Below are positions 22,975 through 36,240 of a stretch of DNA of 64,000 nucleotides, piece by piece. The stretch is taken from assembly GCF_963921235.1 (NCBI RefSeq), contig NC_086098.1, positions 5,146,001-5,210,000 of the forward strand. Direction: 5' to 3'. This DNA comes from Mobula hypostoma. Its lineage: Eukaryota. A program made the translations under genes and the position numbers. The first letter of the stretch is position 1. Every line of letters begins with the position of its first letter. A model generated the notes under the pieces. It was not told where the DNA came from and ran no database searches. It saw only the letters and a list, made by a program, of their open reading frames with translations.

Positions 22975-25848
22975 GCCCAGTACTGGCCCTTCAGCCCACA
23001 AAGCTGTGCTGGCCTGTACAAACCCAGTCCACGATCAATCTAACTGTTCCCTCCTACACAGCCCATAACCCTCTATTTTTTCTTCCATTCATCTCATCTA
23101 ATCTATTCTTAATTATTATACCAGAATTAGGCTGTTTGGCCCATCAAGTCTGCTCCACTATTTCATCATGGCTAATCTATTTCCCTTTCAGCCCTAATCT
23201 CCTGCCTTTTCCCCATATCCCTTCATGCCTGACTAATCTAAAATCTATCAACCTCTGCCTTAAATATACATAAAGTCATGACCTCCAGAGCTGCCAGTGG
23301 CAAATAATTCCACAGATTCACCACCCTCTGGCTAAAAAAATTTCTCCTCATCTCCATTCCAAAAGGACACCCCTCTATTCTAAGTCTATATCCTCTGGTC
23401 TTGGACTTTCCCAGTATAGGAAACATCCTCTCCATATCCACTTTATCAAGGCCTTTCACCATTTAATGAGGTCATCCCTCATTCATCTGAATTCCAGTGA
23501 ACATTGGCCCAGAGCTCTCATCCTCTGTTGCTCCAAGGAGAAAAGGCCAAGTTCACTCAACCTATTCTCATAAGGCATGCTCTCCAATCCAGGCAACATT
23601 CTTGTAAGTCTCCTCTGCACCCTCTCTATAGTATCCACGTCCTTCCTGTAATGATATGATCAGAACTGAACACAGCACTCTAACTGGGGTCTAACTAAGG
23701 TCTATCGTAGATATTATATTCTGCCTTCAAATTTGGCATACCAAAATGAACCACTTCACACTTATCTGGGTTGAACTCCATCTGCCACTTCTCAGCCCAG
23801 TTTTACATTCTATCAATGTCCTGCTGTAACCTCTGACAGCTCTCCAGACTATCCACAACACCCCCAACTTTTGTGTCATCAGCAAAATGAATTGAATTGA
23901 CTTTGTATCTTATATCCTTAACATACGTGAGGAGTAAAAATCTTTACGTTACGTCTCCGTCTGAATGTGCATTGTCCAAATTATAGTAATTTGTAATAAA
24001 TACTATGTACATTAAGACATACAACAAAACAGTTAATATAGCTTGGAAATATAATTATGTCAGCGTGAGTTCATCACTCTGATGGCCTGGTGGAAGAAGC
24101 TGTCCCTGAGCCTGTTGGTTCTAGCTTTAATGCTGCGGTACCATTTCCTGGATGGTAGCAGCTGGAACAGTTTGTAGTTAGGGTAACTCCAGTCCCCATT
24201 GATCCTTCAGGCCCTTCTTACCCACCTGTCTTTGTAAATGTCCTGAGTAGTGGGAAGTTCACAACTACAGATCCACTGGGCTGGCCGCACCATTCTCTGC
24301 AGAGTCCTGCGATTGAGGGAAGTACAGTTCCCATACCAGGCAGTGATGCAGCCAGTCGGGATGCTCTCAATTGTGACCTTAGGATTTGGGGACGCATGCC
24401 GAACTTCTTCAACCGTCTGAGGTGAAAGAGGTGCTGTTATGCTTTTTTGACAACACAGCCGATATGTACAGACCAAGTGAGATCCTCAGTGATGTGTATA
24501 CTGAGGAATTTGAAGTTGTTCACCCTCTCAAACTCAGATCCATTGATGTCAATAGGGGTTAGCCTGTCTCCATTCCTCCTGTAGCCCACAACCAGCTCCT
24601 TTGTTTTTGCAACATTGAGGGAGAGGTTGTTTTCTTGACACACTGTGTCAGGGTGATGACTTCTTCTCTGTAGGCTATCTTACTACTATTTGAGATGAGG
24701 CCAATAATGTAGTATTGTCTGCAAATTTAATTAGCAGATTGGAGCTGGGGGTGGTGACAAAGTCTCGGGTCTACAGAGAGTAAAGGAGGGGCTTAGGACA
24801 CAGCTCTGGGGGCCTCCTGTGTAGAGGGTCAGCGGGGCAGAAATGAGGGAGCCCACTCTTACCACCTGCTGGCGATCTGACAGGAAGTCCAGGATCCAGC
24901 TACACAAGGCAGGGTGAAGGCCGAGGTCTCTGAGCTTCTTGTCAGGCCTGGAGGGAATTATGGTGTTGAATGCTGAACTGTCACAAAGAGGAGGGGTCTC
25001 AGAACAGCTCCCTGCCAGACACCACTGGTCACCGTCCTCCATACAGGGTATGAACCATCTACAACCACCCTTTGCCTTCTGGATCCACAAAACAAGGTCT
25101 CCTTGGATCACATGCCTCATTACTTTTTGAATGTGCTTTGCATCGGGAACCTTATCAAATGCCTACTCTACCTTCATCAATGTGTTTTGTTACCTCCTCA
25201 AATAATTCAATTAGGGTCAAAAGGTTTGACCCGCCCTTGTCAAAGCCTTGCTGACTATCCCTAATCAGATTATGTCTCTGCAAATGCTCATATATCCTAC
25301 CTCTCAGGATCTTCTCCAACAACTTGCCCACCACTGAAGTAAGACTCGCTGATCTATAATTTCCTGTGTTATCTCTACTCCATTCCTCGAACAGGCGAAC
25401 AACGTTTACAACCTTCCAATCCTCTGGTACTTCTCCCATCCCTATTGATGATGTAAAGATCATCACCAGAGTCTCAGTAACCTCCTCCCTTGCTTCCCAC
25501 AGTAGCTTGGGGTATATCTTGTCTGGTCCCGGCGATTTATCTAACTTAATACCTTTCAACAGCTCCAGCACATCCTCTTTCTTAATGTCTATAGACTCAA
25601 GCATTCCAGTCCACTGTAAGTCATCCCCACAATTGCCAAGGTCCTTTTCACTGGTGAATACTGAAGCAAAGTATTCATTAAGTACCTTCGCTACCTCCTC
25701 CGACTCCATACATATATATCCACTCTCACTCCTGACTGGTCCTGTTCTAATACGGCTCATCCTCTTGCTCTTCACATACTTGTAGAATGCCTTGGACTTT
25801 TCCTTAATCCTGCTCACCAAGGCCTTCTCATGGCCCCTTCTGGCTCTA
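22975..25848 (-). mobile_element. Old CR1 fragments (one nested 3' piece at about 23125-23515), interrupted by Rex family B
   Basis: RT motifs in ORFs 23238-23462 and 25155-25820 (KSPGPD, NYRSASLTSVVGK). Confidence 0.75.
23887..24978 (-). mobile_element. Rex1/Babar-type LINE family B
   Basis: SSAFNTIIP, LSLNVAKTKELVV motifs; (CAATT)n tail; homologous to 26190-27474 in opposite orientation. Confidence 0.85.
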
Positions 25849-26189
25849 AGTGTGGGAGCAACTCAGTCCATAAAAGCATGCAGACATGATTGCGATGTTC
25901 AGCTGTTGTTCAGATCAGACATCAGACTGGGGGAGAAATGTGATCTCAGTGACTTTGACTGTGGAATGATTGTTGGTGTCAGGCAGGGTTGTTTGAGTAC
26001 CTCAGGAGCTACTGATCTCCTGGGATTTTCACACACAACTGTGTCAGAGTATGGTGCGACAAACAAAAAAACATCCAGTGAGCTGCAGCTCTGCGGGCGT
26101 AAACACCTTGTTAATGATAGAAGTCAGAAGGGAATGGCCAGGTTGGCCAAGCTGACGGGAAGGTGACAGTAACTGAAACAACCATGTAT

Positions 26190-27474
26190 TATTTGTAACA
26201 TGCCTGAACAAATGGCGTCCTGTCGCACTCACCTCAATAATAGGCAAATTCTTTGAGAGGTTGGTCAAGGACTGCACCTGCAGCTTGCTGCCACCAAAAC
26301 TGGTCCCCCTGCCATTTGCTTACCAACACACAACTGATCGACAGACGACACAATAGCCACGGCTCTACACACCGTTCTTACACACCTAGGTAAGAGGGAT
26401 GCTGATGTGAGAATGCTGTTCTTGGACTACAGTTCAGCATTCAACACCATAATTCCATCCAGGCTCGACGGGAAGCTCAGAGACCTCTGCCTTCACCCTA
26501 CCTTGTGCAGCTGGATCCTGGAATTCCCGTCAGATCGCCAGCAGATTGTGAAGAGTGGGCTCCCTCAGCTCCACCCCGCAGACTCTCAACACAGGAGCCC
26601 CTCAGGGCTGTGTACTAAGTCCCCTCCTTCACTCGCTGTATACTCATGACTGTGTCCCCACCCACAGCTCTAATCTGCTAATTAAATTTGCTAATGACAC
26701 CACATTGATTGGCCTAATCTCAAACAATAACGAGGTGGCCTAAAGGGAAGAAGTCATTTCTCTGACACAGTGGTGTCAAGAAAACAACCTCTCCCTTAAT
26801 GTCACAAAAACAAAGGAGCTGGTTGTGGATTACAGGAGGAATGGAGATGGGCTAAACCCTACTGACATCAGTGGATCTGGGGTTGAGAGGACCACATCAC
26901 CGAGGACCTCGTGGTCTGTACACACCAGCCGTGTGGTGAACAAGGCACAACAGCGCCTCTTTCACCTCAGATGGTTGAGTAAGTTTGGTATGGGTCCCCA
27001 TATCCAAGGAATGTTCTACAGGGTCACAACTGAGAGCATCCTGACTGCGCCCGGTATGGGAACTGTACCTCTCATAATCGCAGGTCTCTGCAGAGAGTGG
27101 TGCGGACAGCCCAGCGCATCTGTAGTTGTGAACTTCCCATGATTCAGGACTTCTACAAAGACAGGTGTGTAAAAAGGTCCCGAAGGATTATTGGGGACCT
27201 GAGTCACCCCAACCACAATCTATTCCAGTTGCTACCATTTGGGAAACGGTATCGCAGCATAAAAGCCAGGACCAACAGGCTCCGGGACAGGCCATCAGAC
27301 TGATTAACTCACGCTGATTTGAGTGTATTTCTATGTTGCATTGACTGTTCTATTTATTATAAATTATTATAAATTACTATGATTGCACATTGCACATTTA
27401 GACAGAGACATAACGTAAAGATTTTTACTCCTCATGTAGTGAAGGACGTAAGAAATAAAGTCAATTCAATTCAA
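26190..27474 (+). mobile_element. Rex1/Babar-type LINE family B
   Basis: RMLFLDYSSAFNTI, GAPQGCVLSP, LLPFGKRYRS; tail AAAGTCAATTCAATTCA. Confidence 0.88.
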
Positions 27475-27486
27475 TGAAGTTACAGT

Positions 27487-28399
27487 TGTCACGTACCCCG
27501 TGATGGGGATAAAGAACCAGCAGAAATAGAAACCACTTTGGAGTCCAGTATTGCTATAAACTACTAATATTTATTAGTAACTACGCAATACAGTAATATC
27601 AATGTAAATAAATCAAACAGGTTCGCAATGATTTTATATATAAAAGTAAGTGTGGAATATATATGTATGAAAACCAAGCTTCTTTAAGTCTAGGGGTAAA
27701 AAGATACAGTCTTACGATGTTGAGTAAAGTTCAGTTCAGTTCGTGGTGTTTAGTTGAGTAGTGATGGAGAGAGAGAGTGAGTTGAGTTTTCAGGTGAGCT
27801 GATGCTGTTGATCTCCTCGTCGTCCTCCGAAATCCTTTACAAGTCACCGACTGTGACTTTAACCAGGGGGACCGGTTTTCCTGTGGTGGAGCTATCACCC
27901 AGGCGAGGGTGGACACATAGACAACTCCCCACCAGTCAACCCCTTCTTCACCGATGGAATAGCAATTTGGATCGATCCGCCTGATCGATCCTCCAAAACC
28001 CACTTTCTCTGCGGGCACAACAATGCTCATTTAGTGTCCAGATCATGTGTCTGAGGTCTGTAGCATCTGATCTCCTATTTATTTCACCAGGCTGAGCATC
28101 ATCTGTCACTCAAAGAGTCCCTCCTTCTTTTGTCTGTGAAGAAATGCACAAGCAGGCAAACCGTCCTTGAAAGTAATATCAACAACCTGCCTTCGGTCAC
28201 CTTAGCAACTTTCGAGCTGCTCAGTGCTGTCTCCAACTCCAAACTCAGTAAAAATCCAAAGTTACTTCCAATGCCTTAAAGTGACAGTCCAACCGTCAAT
28301 CTTTGTCTCTCCCTCTTTTCCAAACAAACCATCAATGATAACTGTCTCTCTCTATCTCTCTTCAAGTAGTTAATAGGGGAACTCCTGGATCCCCTCACA
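27487..28399. mobile_element. Solo LTR, family 1 (913 bp)
   Basis: TG...CA termini; 4-bp TSD CAGT at 27483-86 and 28400-03; homologous to 30669-31525. Confidence 0.9.
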
Positions 28400-29836
28400 C
28401 AGTAGTGTTGTGCAGAAGAGCATCTCTGCATGCATAGCACATCAAACCTTGAAGTGGATGGGCTACAACTGGGTTCCACTCCTGTACCCAATAATGTGGC
28501 TACTGAGTGTATACCTCTGCCTCCACCAGTACTGTATGTTTTAGGGCACAGAAATCATTATTTAGTTATGTTGTCAGTTTCATCAATTAAATATTTTTTA
28601 TAAGCATCCAAATATATGAAGCTTATGGATTAATCTTCTTGTACCAAAATAAAGTTAATTTGCAGGGACTTTGATGAAGGTTTAGAGTTGAGTACTCTTA
28701 CTGGCAGGTTATTAAGCTTATTTATCGTTCTGTAGAGGAATAGGAGACACGACCTCCAATGTAGCAAGCGCAGAATATCATGGAGACCTGACATGAGCTG
28801 AAGGTAATTTGCAATTTCTTGATCTTTCGTTGCGTTTCAGTCGACTTCAGGGAAATTGTGTCAAGTCACTCAATGAGCCAGAGACTTCACACCAAACAAT
28901 GCACTTTACCAAATCCATAGCTGTTCTGCAGCAAGGGTACAGATTATTTTGATTCTTTGGATGAAAGTCATACAGCCGTTTCTTTACATCAATAAAATCC
29001 TTTGCTTCTCTCAAAAATAGCATCACAAATTAGGTCTTTTTTCAAAATCTGCCCGTAGGCCAAATATGACCCACAACAATTTCTGACTGATTGTGGCAGA
29101 TACCTTCACTCTGAAATATATCAAATAAAATTTTAAAATGTGCAAAAATTAACCAACTAAATTCCTGATAAAAGTGAAAATCTTTCCACATAATGTATAT
29201 TAATAATGCCCTTTGATAAGTTTGACTTTTAAAAATCAACGCACAATCTGCTAGATGCATACAATCCTTATTATATTGCTCATGTTAGAAATCATTTATT
29301 TCTGCCTTCAGCATCTTTAATAATACGTGACATTTCAAGCCATTATTGCTGTGTTCAGTTATTGTCCACTTGCACTCAAGAGACAGGAGTTGAATTTTCT
29401 TCCCTTCAATCTCTCAGAATGACCCCCTGCCTGCCCAAGGAGTGGCTGCACTGCAGTAAAAGTGAAGACCTTAGCTGTTCCTGAATCATTGAGTGTGTGC
29501 CTTCAGGCTCTTGTACCTCCTTTCTGACGGTAACAATGAGAAGAGAGCATGTCCTGGCTGTTGGGGGTCCTTAATGATGGATGTCACCTTTTTGAGGCAT
29601 CGCTCCTTGAAAATGTCCTGGATACTACAGGGGCTAGTACCCACGAGTGCTCTCTGCAGCTTATTTCAATCTGTGCATTAGCCTCTTCCCCATTCCAGAT
29701 GGTCATGCAGCCAGTTAGAATGCTGTCCATGGGACAACTGTAAGAAATTCAACGTTTAAAGTTCAAATTTTTGAAGCATCTAATAAACAACCTTACACTA
29801 AAGTGCTAAGTGACTCCAGCCATTTTTTTAATAGAG

Positions 29837-29988
29837 ACATAGAAACATAGAAAATAGGTTCAGGAGTAGGCCATTCGGCCCTTCGAGCCTGCACCGCCAT
29901 TCAGTATGATCATGGCTGATCATCCAACTCAGAACTCTGTACCTGCCTTCCCTCCATACCCCCGATCCCTTTAGCCACAACGGCCATA
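29837..29988 (-). mobile_element. Very short CR1 3' end
   Basis: (ACATAGAA) tail and 3' UTR hairpin nearly identical to the 49.35 kb copy. Confidence 0.88.
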
Positions 29989-30668
29989 ACCCACGTATCT
30001 AATAGTGTGTATTCAAAGTTCAAAGTAAATTTATTATCAAAGTGCATATATTTCACTGTATACCACCCTGAAATTCATTTTCTTGCAGGCATTCACAGTA
30101 AATGCAAAGAAACACAATAGAGTCAATGAAAAACTACAACCAGTCAAGACAGACAAGCACCATTGTGCAAAAAGAAAAAAAAAGCAAGAAATACAAAGAA
30201 CATGACATGAAGAGTCCTTAAAAGTGAGTCCAAGGGTTGTGGGAACATTTCAATGATGGGGTAAGTGAAATTGAGTGAAATTATCCTCTTTGGTTCAAGA
30301 ACCTGATGGTTGAGGGTAATAACTGTTCCTGAACTCTTTGTCCTTTTGTTTCAGAATCTCTCTGTCTGTTTCTCTCTCTCTCTCTTTCTCTCTCTCTCTG
30401 TCTCCTTCTCTGCCTCTCTCTTCCTCTCCCATCTTGTTTCTTATCCCTCTGTTTCATGCTTGTAATCCTTAAAAAATAAATAAACTAAGTAATTCTGCAG
30501 TTCGTGTTCTCTGTGCTATTTCTTTTCTTTTTTGTTGTTTGCACTATCTATTTTTTCACACAGTGGGTGTTTCATGGTCTTTGTTGTGTGGGATATTTCC
30601 TTTTATTGTGTTTCTTTGTTCTGCGGCTGCCTGCAAGAAGACGAATCCCAAGGTTGTACATTCTATAC

Positions 30669-30967
30669 TGTCACGCACCCTGTGACGGGAATAAAGAACC
30701 AGCAGAGATGGAAAACACTTTGGAGTCCAGTATTGCTATTAACTAATAATATTTATTAATAACTACGCAATACAGTAATATAAATGTAGATAAATCAAAC
30801 AGGTTAGTAATGATTATATATATAAATAAGTAAATCAGTAAGTGTGGAAATATATGTATGAAAACCAAGCTTCTTCACGTCTAGGGGTAAAAAGATACAG
30901 TCTTATGACGATGAGTAAAGTTCAGTTCAGTTCAGTTCAGTTCATGGTATTTAGTTGAGTAGTGATG

Positions 30968-31009
<42 letters not shown>

Positions 31010-31525
31010 TTTGAGTCTTCAGGTGAGCTGATGCCATCGATCTTCACCTTGTCCTCCGAAATCCTTTAAAAGTCATCAACTGTGACTTCAACAAAGGGGA
31101 CAGATTTTCTGTGGCAGAGCTATCACCCAGGCAAGGGTGGACACATAGACAACTCCCCACCAGTCAACCCCTTTTCTTTTCACTGCAAGAGCCACTGACC
31201 GATCTGCCTGATTGATCCTCCAAAAATCCACTTTTTCTGCGGGCACAACAAAGCTCATTCAGTGTCCAAAACATGTGTCTATATCATCTGACCTCCTATT
31301 TATCTCACCGTACTGGATACCAGCTGTCATTCAAATAACTCCTCCTTCCTCTCTCTCTGTAAGAAATGCAAGCAGGCGATGTCCTTGAAGAAAGTATAAA
31401 CAACCTGTGAGCAGTCTTCATCTCTCTCTCTCTCTCTTTCAAAACAACATGTTGGTGTTAAATAACACTCTCTCTCTCTCTTTTCAAAAGCACAGTTCAT
31501 AGGGGTAATTCAGGACCGCATCACA
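30669..31525. mobile_element. Solo LTR, family 1
   Basis: TGTCACG...TCACA; 4-bp TSD ATAC at 30665-68 and 31526-29. Confidence 0.9.
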
Positions 31526-32001
31526 ATACTGAGATAAGGACATACGATAAGTGACAAGGACAAAATTGCCAAAAGGACAATGTTACAATAGTCAAGGGGG
31601 ATTTCAATATGCAGGTAGATTGGGAAAATCAGGTTGGTGCTGGATTACAGGAGGGGGAGTTTCTAGAGTATGTACGAGATGGTTTTTTAGAGTAACTCCT
31701 AGTTGAGCCCACTAGAGCAGCCTTTCTCATCATTTTGGTCCTGTAGAAACCCTTGAAATAATTTTCAGGTCTCAGGGAACCCCTGCGTAAGAATTATTAT
31801 ATCAAGAGCTCACAGTATATTAATGTGATCAGTAAGTTGTAGATATAATAATCCAAACATAATTGTCAAAGTTATTTTGAGTAGAGAATAAATTTTTAGC
31901 CAATCTTTCTTGGAAAAAACAGGAAGTTAAGCTTAGTTTACCTTCACTGAAATTATTCTCTTTCTTTTCCTTTCATAAATTTTAAAAATTCATAAGGAAA
32001 A

Positions 32002-33507
32002 CGTAACCCTCAAATTCAGCCGGCGATGTTAGTCCAGGGAAGACAATCTCCGGCCCTGCCAAATGTGTGGAATCTGAGCTGCAAAAAATCCCATTTGTGT
32101 GGATGCTGTGTCATAGTCATAGTCATACTTTATTTATCCCGGGGGAAATTGGTTTTCGTTACAGTTGCACCATAAATAATAAATAGAAATAGAACCATAA
32201 ATAGTTAAATAGTAAAAAGTAAATTATGCCAGAAAATAAGTCCAGGACCAGCCTATTGGCTCAGGGTGTCTGACCCTCCAAGGGAGGAGTTGTAAAGTTT
32301 GATGGCCACAGGCAGGAATGACTTCCTATGACGCTCTGTGTTGCATCTCGGTGGAATGAGTCTCTGGCTGAATGTACTCCTGTGCCCAACCAGTACATTA
32401 TGTAGTGGATGGGAGACATTGACCAGGATGGCATGCAACTTGGACAGCATCCTCTTTTCAGACACCACCGTCAGAGAGTCCAGTTCCATCCCCACAACAT
32501 CACTGGCCTTACAAATGAGTTTGCTGATTCTGTTGGTGTCTAAGACCCTCAGCCTGCTGCCCCAGCACACAACAGCAAACATGATCGCACTGGCCACCAC
32601 AGACTCGTAGAACATCCTCAGCATCGTCCGGCAGATGTTAAAGGACCTCAGTCTCCTCAGGAAATAGAGACGGCTCTGACCCTTCTTGTAGACAACCTCA
32701 GTGTTCTTTGACCAGTCCAGTTTATTGTCAATTCGTATCCCCAGGTATTTGTAATCCTCCACCATGTCCACACTGACCCCCTGGATGGAAACAGGGGTCA
32801 CCGGTACCTTAGCACTCCTCAGGTCTACCACCAGCTCCTTAGTCTTTTTCAGATGAAGCTGCAGATAATTCTGCTCACACCATGTGACAAAGTTTCCTAC
32901 CGTAGCCCTGTACTCAGCCTCATCTCCCTTGCTGATGCATCCAACTATGGCAGAGTCATCCGAAAACTTCTGAAGATGACAAGACTCTGTGCAGTAGTTG
33001 AAGTGTTGTGATGTGTTACTCTGTTACAAATCAGTACCATGAAATGACAGACAGTACACCATATGCAATTAAACGGTCTTGCTTTATAATTCTTAATTTG
33101 ACTAAAGGATTAGTAAACAAAAACAAAAAGAAAAGAGCCATTTTAGTGAAACAGTCTGATGAGCACAAGTTGGAGCTCAGGGTTTCCCTTCCACTGGTCC
33201 TCCATTGATTTCCCTGGGCTTCATCAACTCCCAGCCCCACTCCAAGTCCACTCCTCTCTGGTGTCTACCACCTCTCCTTTCTGGCATCTTCTCTCCCCAG
33301 CTTCCGCCGAACAACAGGCCCAGATCACCTCGGTCTCAGGCACACAACAAAAAAAAACACTCCCTTCATTGGATGGCTCACATTCTAAAGCTCCCGTTAT
33401 CTCTAGCCATAACCCAAACACTGTACCTACAGAAAGACCGTTACATTAGCAGTGCTTCTACAGCAAGACCATTACATCAGCAGTGAAGCCTTTCCCAGGG
33501 GGTAACA
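32002..33507 (-). mobile_element. Solo LTR-like element, family 2 (split by Rex A)
   Basis: Reverse-complement homology to 35593-36240 (AGTCCAGGGAAGACA, GCACAAGTTGGAGCTC, TTGGATGGC.CACATTC); termini (C/T)GTAACCC..GGGGTAACA; TSD not clear. Confidence 0.65.
32112..33005 (-). mobile_element. Rex1/Babar-type LINE family A, 5'-truncated
   Basis: ORF 32253-32831 ending GGSDTLSQ*; (ACTATG)n tail. Confidence 0.92.
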
Positions 33508-35592
33508 CAAACATAATTCATTTCTCAATTCTGGGTCTAACTTGACATAAGCACACAGATTTCACCTTCATTTGAAATGAGGCAACTTCTATCCTTGCTC
33601 TTGATGTTTGTTAAACAAGAAAAAGCTTGCTCACAGATGTAAGAAGTTGAAAACTACTCTGAAAAATGTTCATTGCTTTCCTAAGAATAGCAGGATACTC
33701 TTCTTTCACAAAAATCCAGAACTTGTCCAGGAGCAGGTCAGTAAACCTCTCCTTGAGTACATGATCAGAATACAGTGCAGTGAGATCATTAACCTTATCA
33801 GAATTGTCCATAGGCCTAGGCCTGGAATCTTCTTCTCCCATCTCACACCTCCTCTTCAAAAATTGCCACACTGGACAGTCTTTAGAATGAAAATTTCTCT
33901 CCAATTTTCTATTACACTAGAAGTTTGTTCGCTCCCACAAGTCAGTCAGCGGTGCGCATGGGCAAGCTGTGGGAGATAATTTGGAAGGGAAAGCTGACAT
34001 CACAGTCCAAGTTTGGCGAGTCCACTTGAAACTCAGAAAACGCACTTCACACTCAATGGACTACTGTCTTTCCCTCTGTGCAGTGCAGAACTCACAAATT
34101 ATCAACGGCCTCCCCATCTTGTATCAAAAGCTGAGAATGGACTCCAACAAATAAACATGGTCGAAGTGCACACTTCCATGCTGTGCTGAGATTGCTAGCT
34201 CAGTCACTGCCCACAACTGCAAGTGCGAGCTTCGCATGTTGCGCAATTATCTCTCCACGTGAACTCTTACAGAACCCCAGGGCTCTGCAGAACACTGGTT
34301 GAGAAACCCTACACCAGAGGATCAGCAATTCCAGATTGGGTGTTGTTCAATGAACCAGAATTGATTAGAGAGCTTAAGGTAAAAGAACTCTTCAGGGAAA
34401 TGATCATAATATGATCAAATTTACCCTAAAATATGAGAAGGAGAAGCTAAAGTCAGATGTATCAGCATTACAGTGGAGTAAAGGGAATTATAGAGGCATG
34501 AGAGAGGATTTGACCAAAATTGGTTGGAAATGAACACTGGCAGGGATGACAACAGAGCAGCATTAGCTGGAATTCCTATAAGCAATTTGGAAGGTAGAGG
34601 ATATATACATCACAAAGAGGAAGAAGTATTCTAAAGGCAAAATGACACAACCATGGCTAACAAGAGAAGTCAAAGCCAACATAAAAGCCAAATAGAGAGG
34701 GCATATAATGGAGCAAGAACTAGTGGGAAATTGGAAGATTGGGAAGCTTTTAAAACCCAACAGAAGGCAAATAAAAAAGTCATTAAGAAGGTAAAGATGG
34801 CATATGAAAGTAAGACAGCCAATAATATTAAAGAAGGTACCAAAGGTTTCTTCAGATCCAAAAAGTGTAAAAGAGACATGAGAGTGGGTAATAGACCATT
34901 GGAAAACAATGCTGGAGAGGAAGTAATGGGGGACAAGGAAATGGCACATGAACTGAATAAGTATTTTGCATCATTCTTCACTGTGGAAGACACTAGAAGT
35001 ATCGTACAAGTTCCAGGTGTCAGGGGCATGAAGTGTGTGAAATTACCATAACCAGAGAGAAGGTTCCTGGGAAACTGAAAGGTCTGAAGGTAGATAAGTC
35101 ACCTGGACCAGATGGTGTACACCCCAGTTCTGAAAGAGATGGCTGAAGAGATTTGAGAGGCATTAGTAATGATCTTTCAAGAATCATTAGTTTCTGAAAT
35201 GGTTGCAGAAGACTGAAAAATTGCAAATGTCACTTTACTCTCCAAAAAGGGAAACTAGGACAGTTATTCTGACCTCAGTGGTTGGGAAGATGTTGAAGTC
35301 AATTATTAAGGATGAGTTCTCAGAGTACTTGGAGGCAAATGATAAAATAGGCCAGTCAGCATGGTTTCCTCAAGGGAAAATCTTGCCTGAGAAATCTGCT
35401 GGAATTCTTTGAAGAACTAACAAGTGGTATAAGACAAAGAAGAATCGGTTGATGTTGTGTACTTGGATTTTCAGAAGGCTTTTGTCAAGGTGCCACACAA
35501 GAGACTGCTTAACAAGCTACAGACCCATGGTATTACAGGAAAGATTCTAGCATGGATAAAACAGTGGCTAATAGGCAGGAGGCAAAGCCCTG

Positions 35593-36240
35593 TGTAATGC
35601 CCTGGTTCACATTTTTTATTGTTATGCTGTATGTATTCCATTTAGCAGTTCTGTACGAGCAGTCTGTTCTGCTTTCAGCCTGTCTGGGCTATTGTTGAAG
35701 ATAAGGGGGGATGAGGAATGTGTGCCATCCAATTCGGATGGTCGAGCTGAGGGGAGGTTTTTCTGGTGAGAGACACTAAGGTTGGTCTTGGGGTTTTTTG
35801 TTTTTTGTTTGATGGGAGATGAAGAGAGAAGATGCTGGGGAGACCCGGCCGTAGGATATGACCCGGTGGGAGACCTGTTTGTTCGAGTTGGATTGCAAGC
35901 GACATTCGGAAGTTGTTATGTGCTTTCACGCTGACCGAGGGCCCAGTGCGCGAGTGACAGAGAAGTTCAAGGTGAGCTCCAACTTGTGCACATTTGACTG
36001 TTTTAATTTAAATGGGCTCTTTTCTTTACTAACTAAAGAGTTAGATTGGTAAGTATAATTCCTTTAACCAGATGCAGTGTGCTGTCTGTTAGTTCATGGC
36101 ACTGAGTTGTAACAGGGTAGCAAATTACACAGTGTCCACACAAACCGGGGTCTGGGGTGGTCGAGCTGTCAGAATCTCGCAAGTCTGGCAGAGCCGTAGA
36201 GTGTCTTCCCTGGACTTACGCAGCCAAGGAAACCAGGGAG
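35593..36240 (+). mobile_element. Solo LTR-like element, family 2, inside old CR1
   Basis: Starts TGTAATGCCCTGG; homologous to 32002-33507; CR1 RT resumes after it. Confidence 0.65.

Larger units (their letters stand above)
25849..28511 (+). mobile_element. Internally deleted Tc1-like element (25849-26190 and 28400-28511), split by Rex B and a solo LTR
   Basis: HTH remnant DLSDFDCGMIVG..DLLGFSHTTVS; right end ..AATGTGGCTACTGAGTG-TA is Tc1 TIR-like. Confidence 0.7.
31718..34311 (-). mobile_element. hAT (Charlie-like) DNA transposon, internally deleted
   Basis: 8-bp TSD CACTAGAG (31710-17) / CACCAGAG (34312-19); termini CAGCCTTTCTCA / TGAGAAACCCTA; hAT dimerisation-domain remnant LDKFWIFVKEEYPAILRKAMNI (ORF 33611-33904). 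Confidence 0.85.

Noticed and set aside
28736..28803. Possible host coding exon
   Set aside because: All three frames contain a stop and no known protein is recognisable.
27487..31525. One LTR retrotransposon bounded by two LTRs
   Set aside because: Each LTR has its own TSD, the outer flanks differ (CAGT versus ATAC), and no gag/pol lies between.
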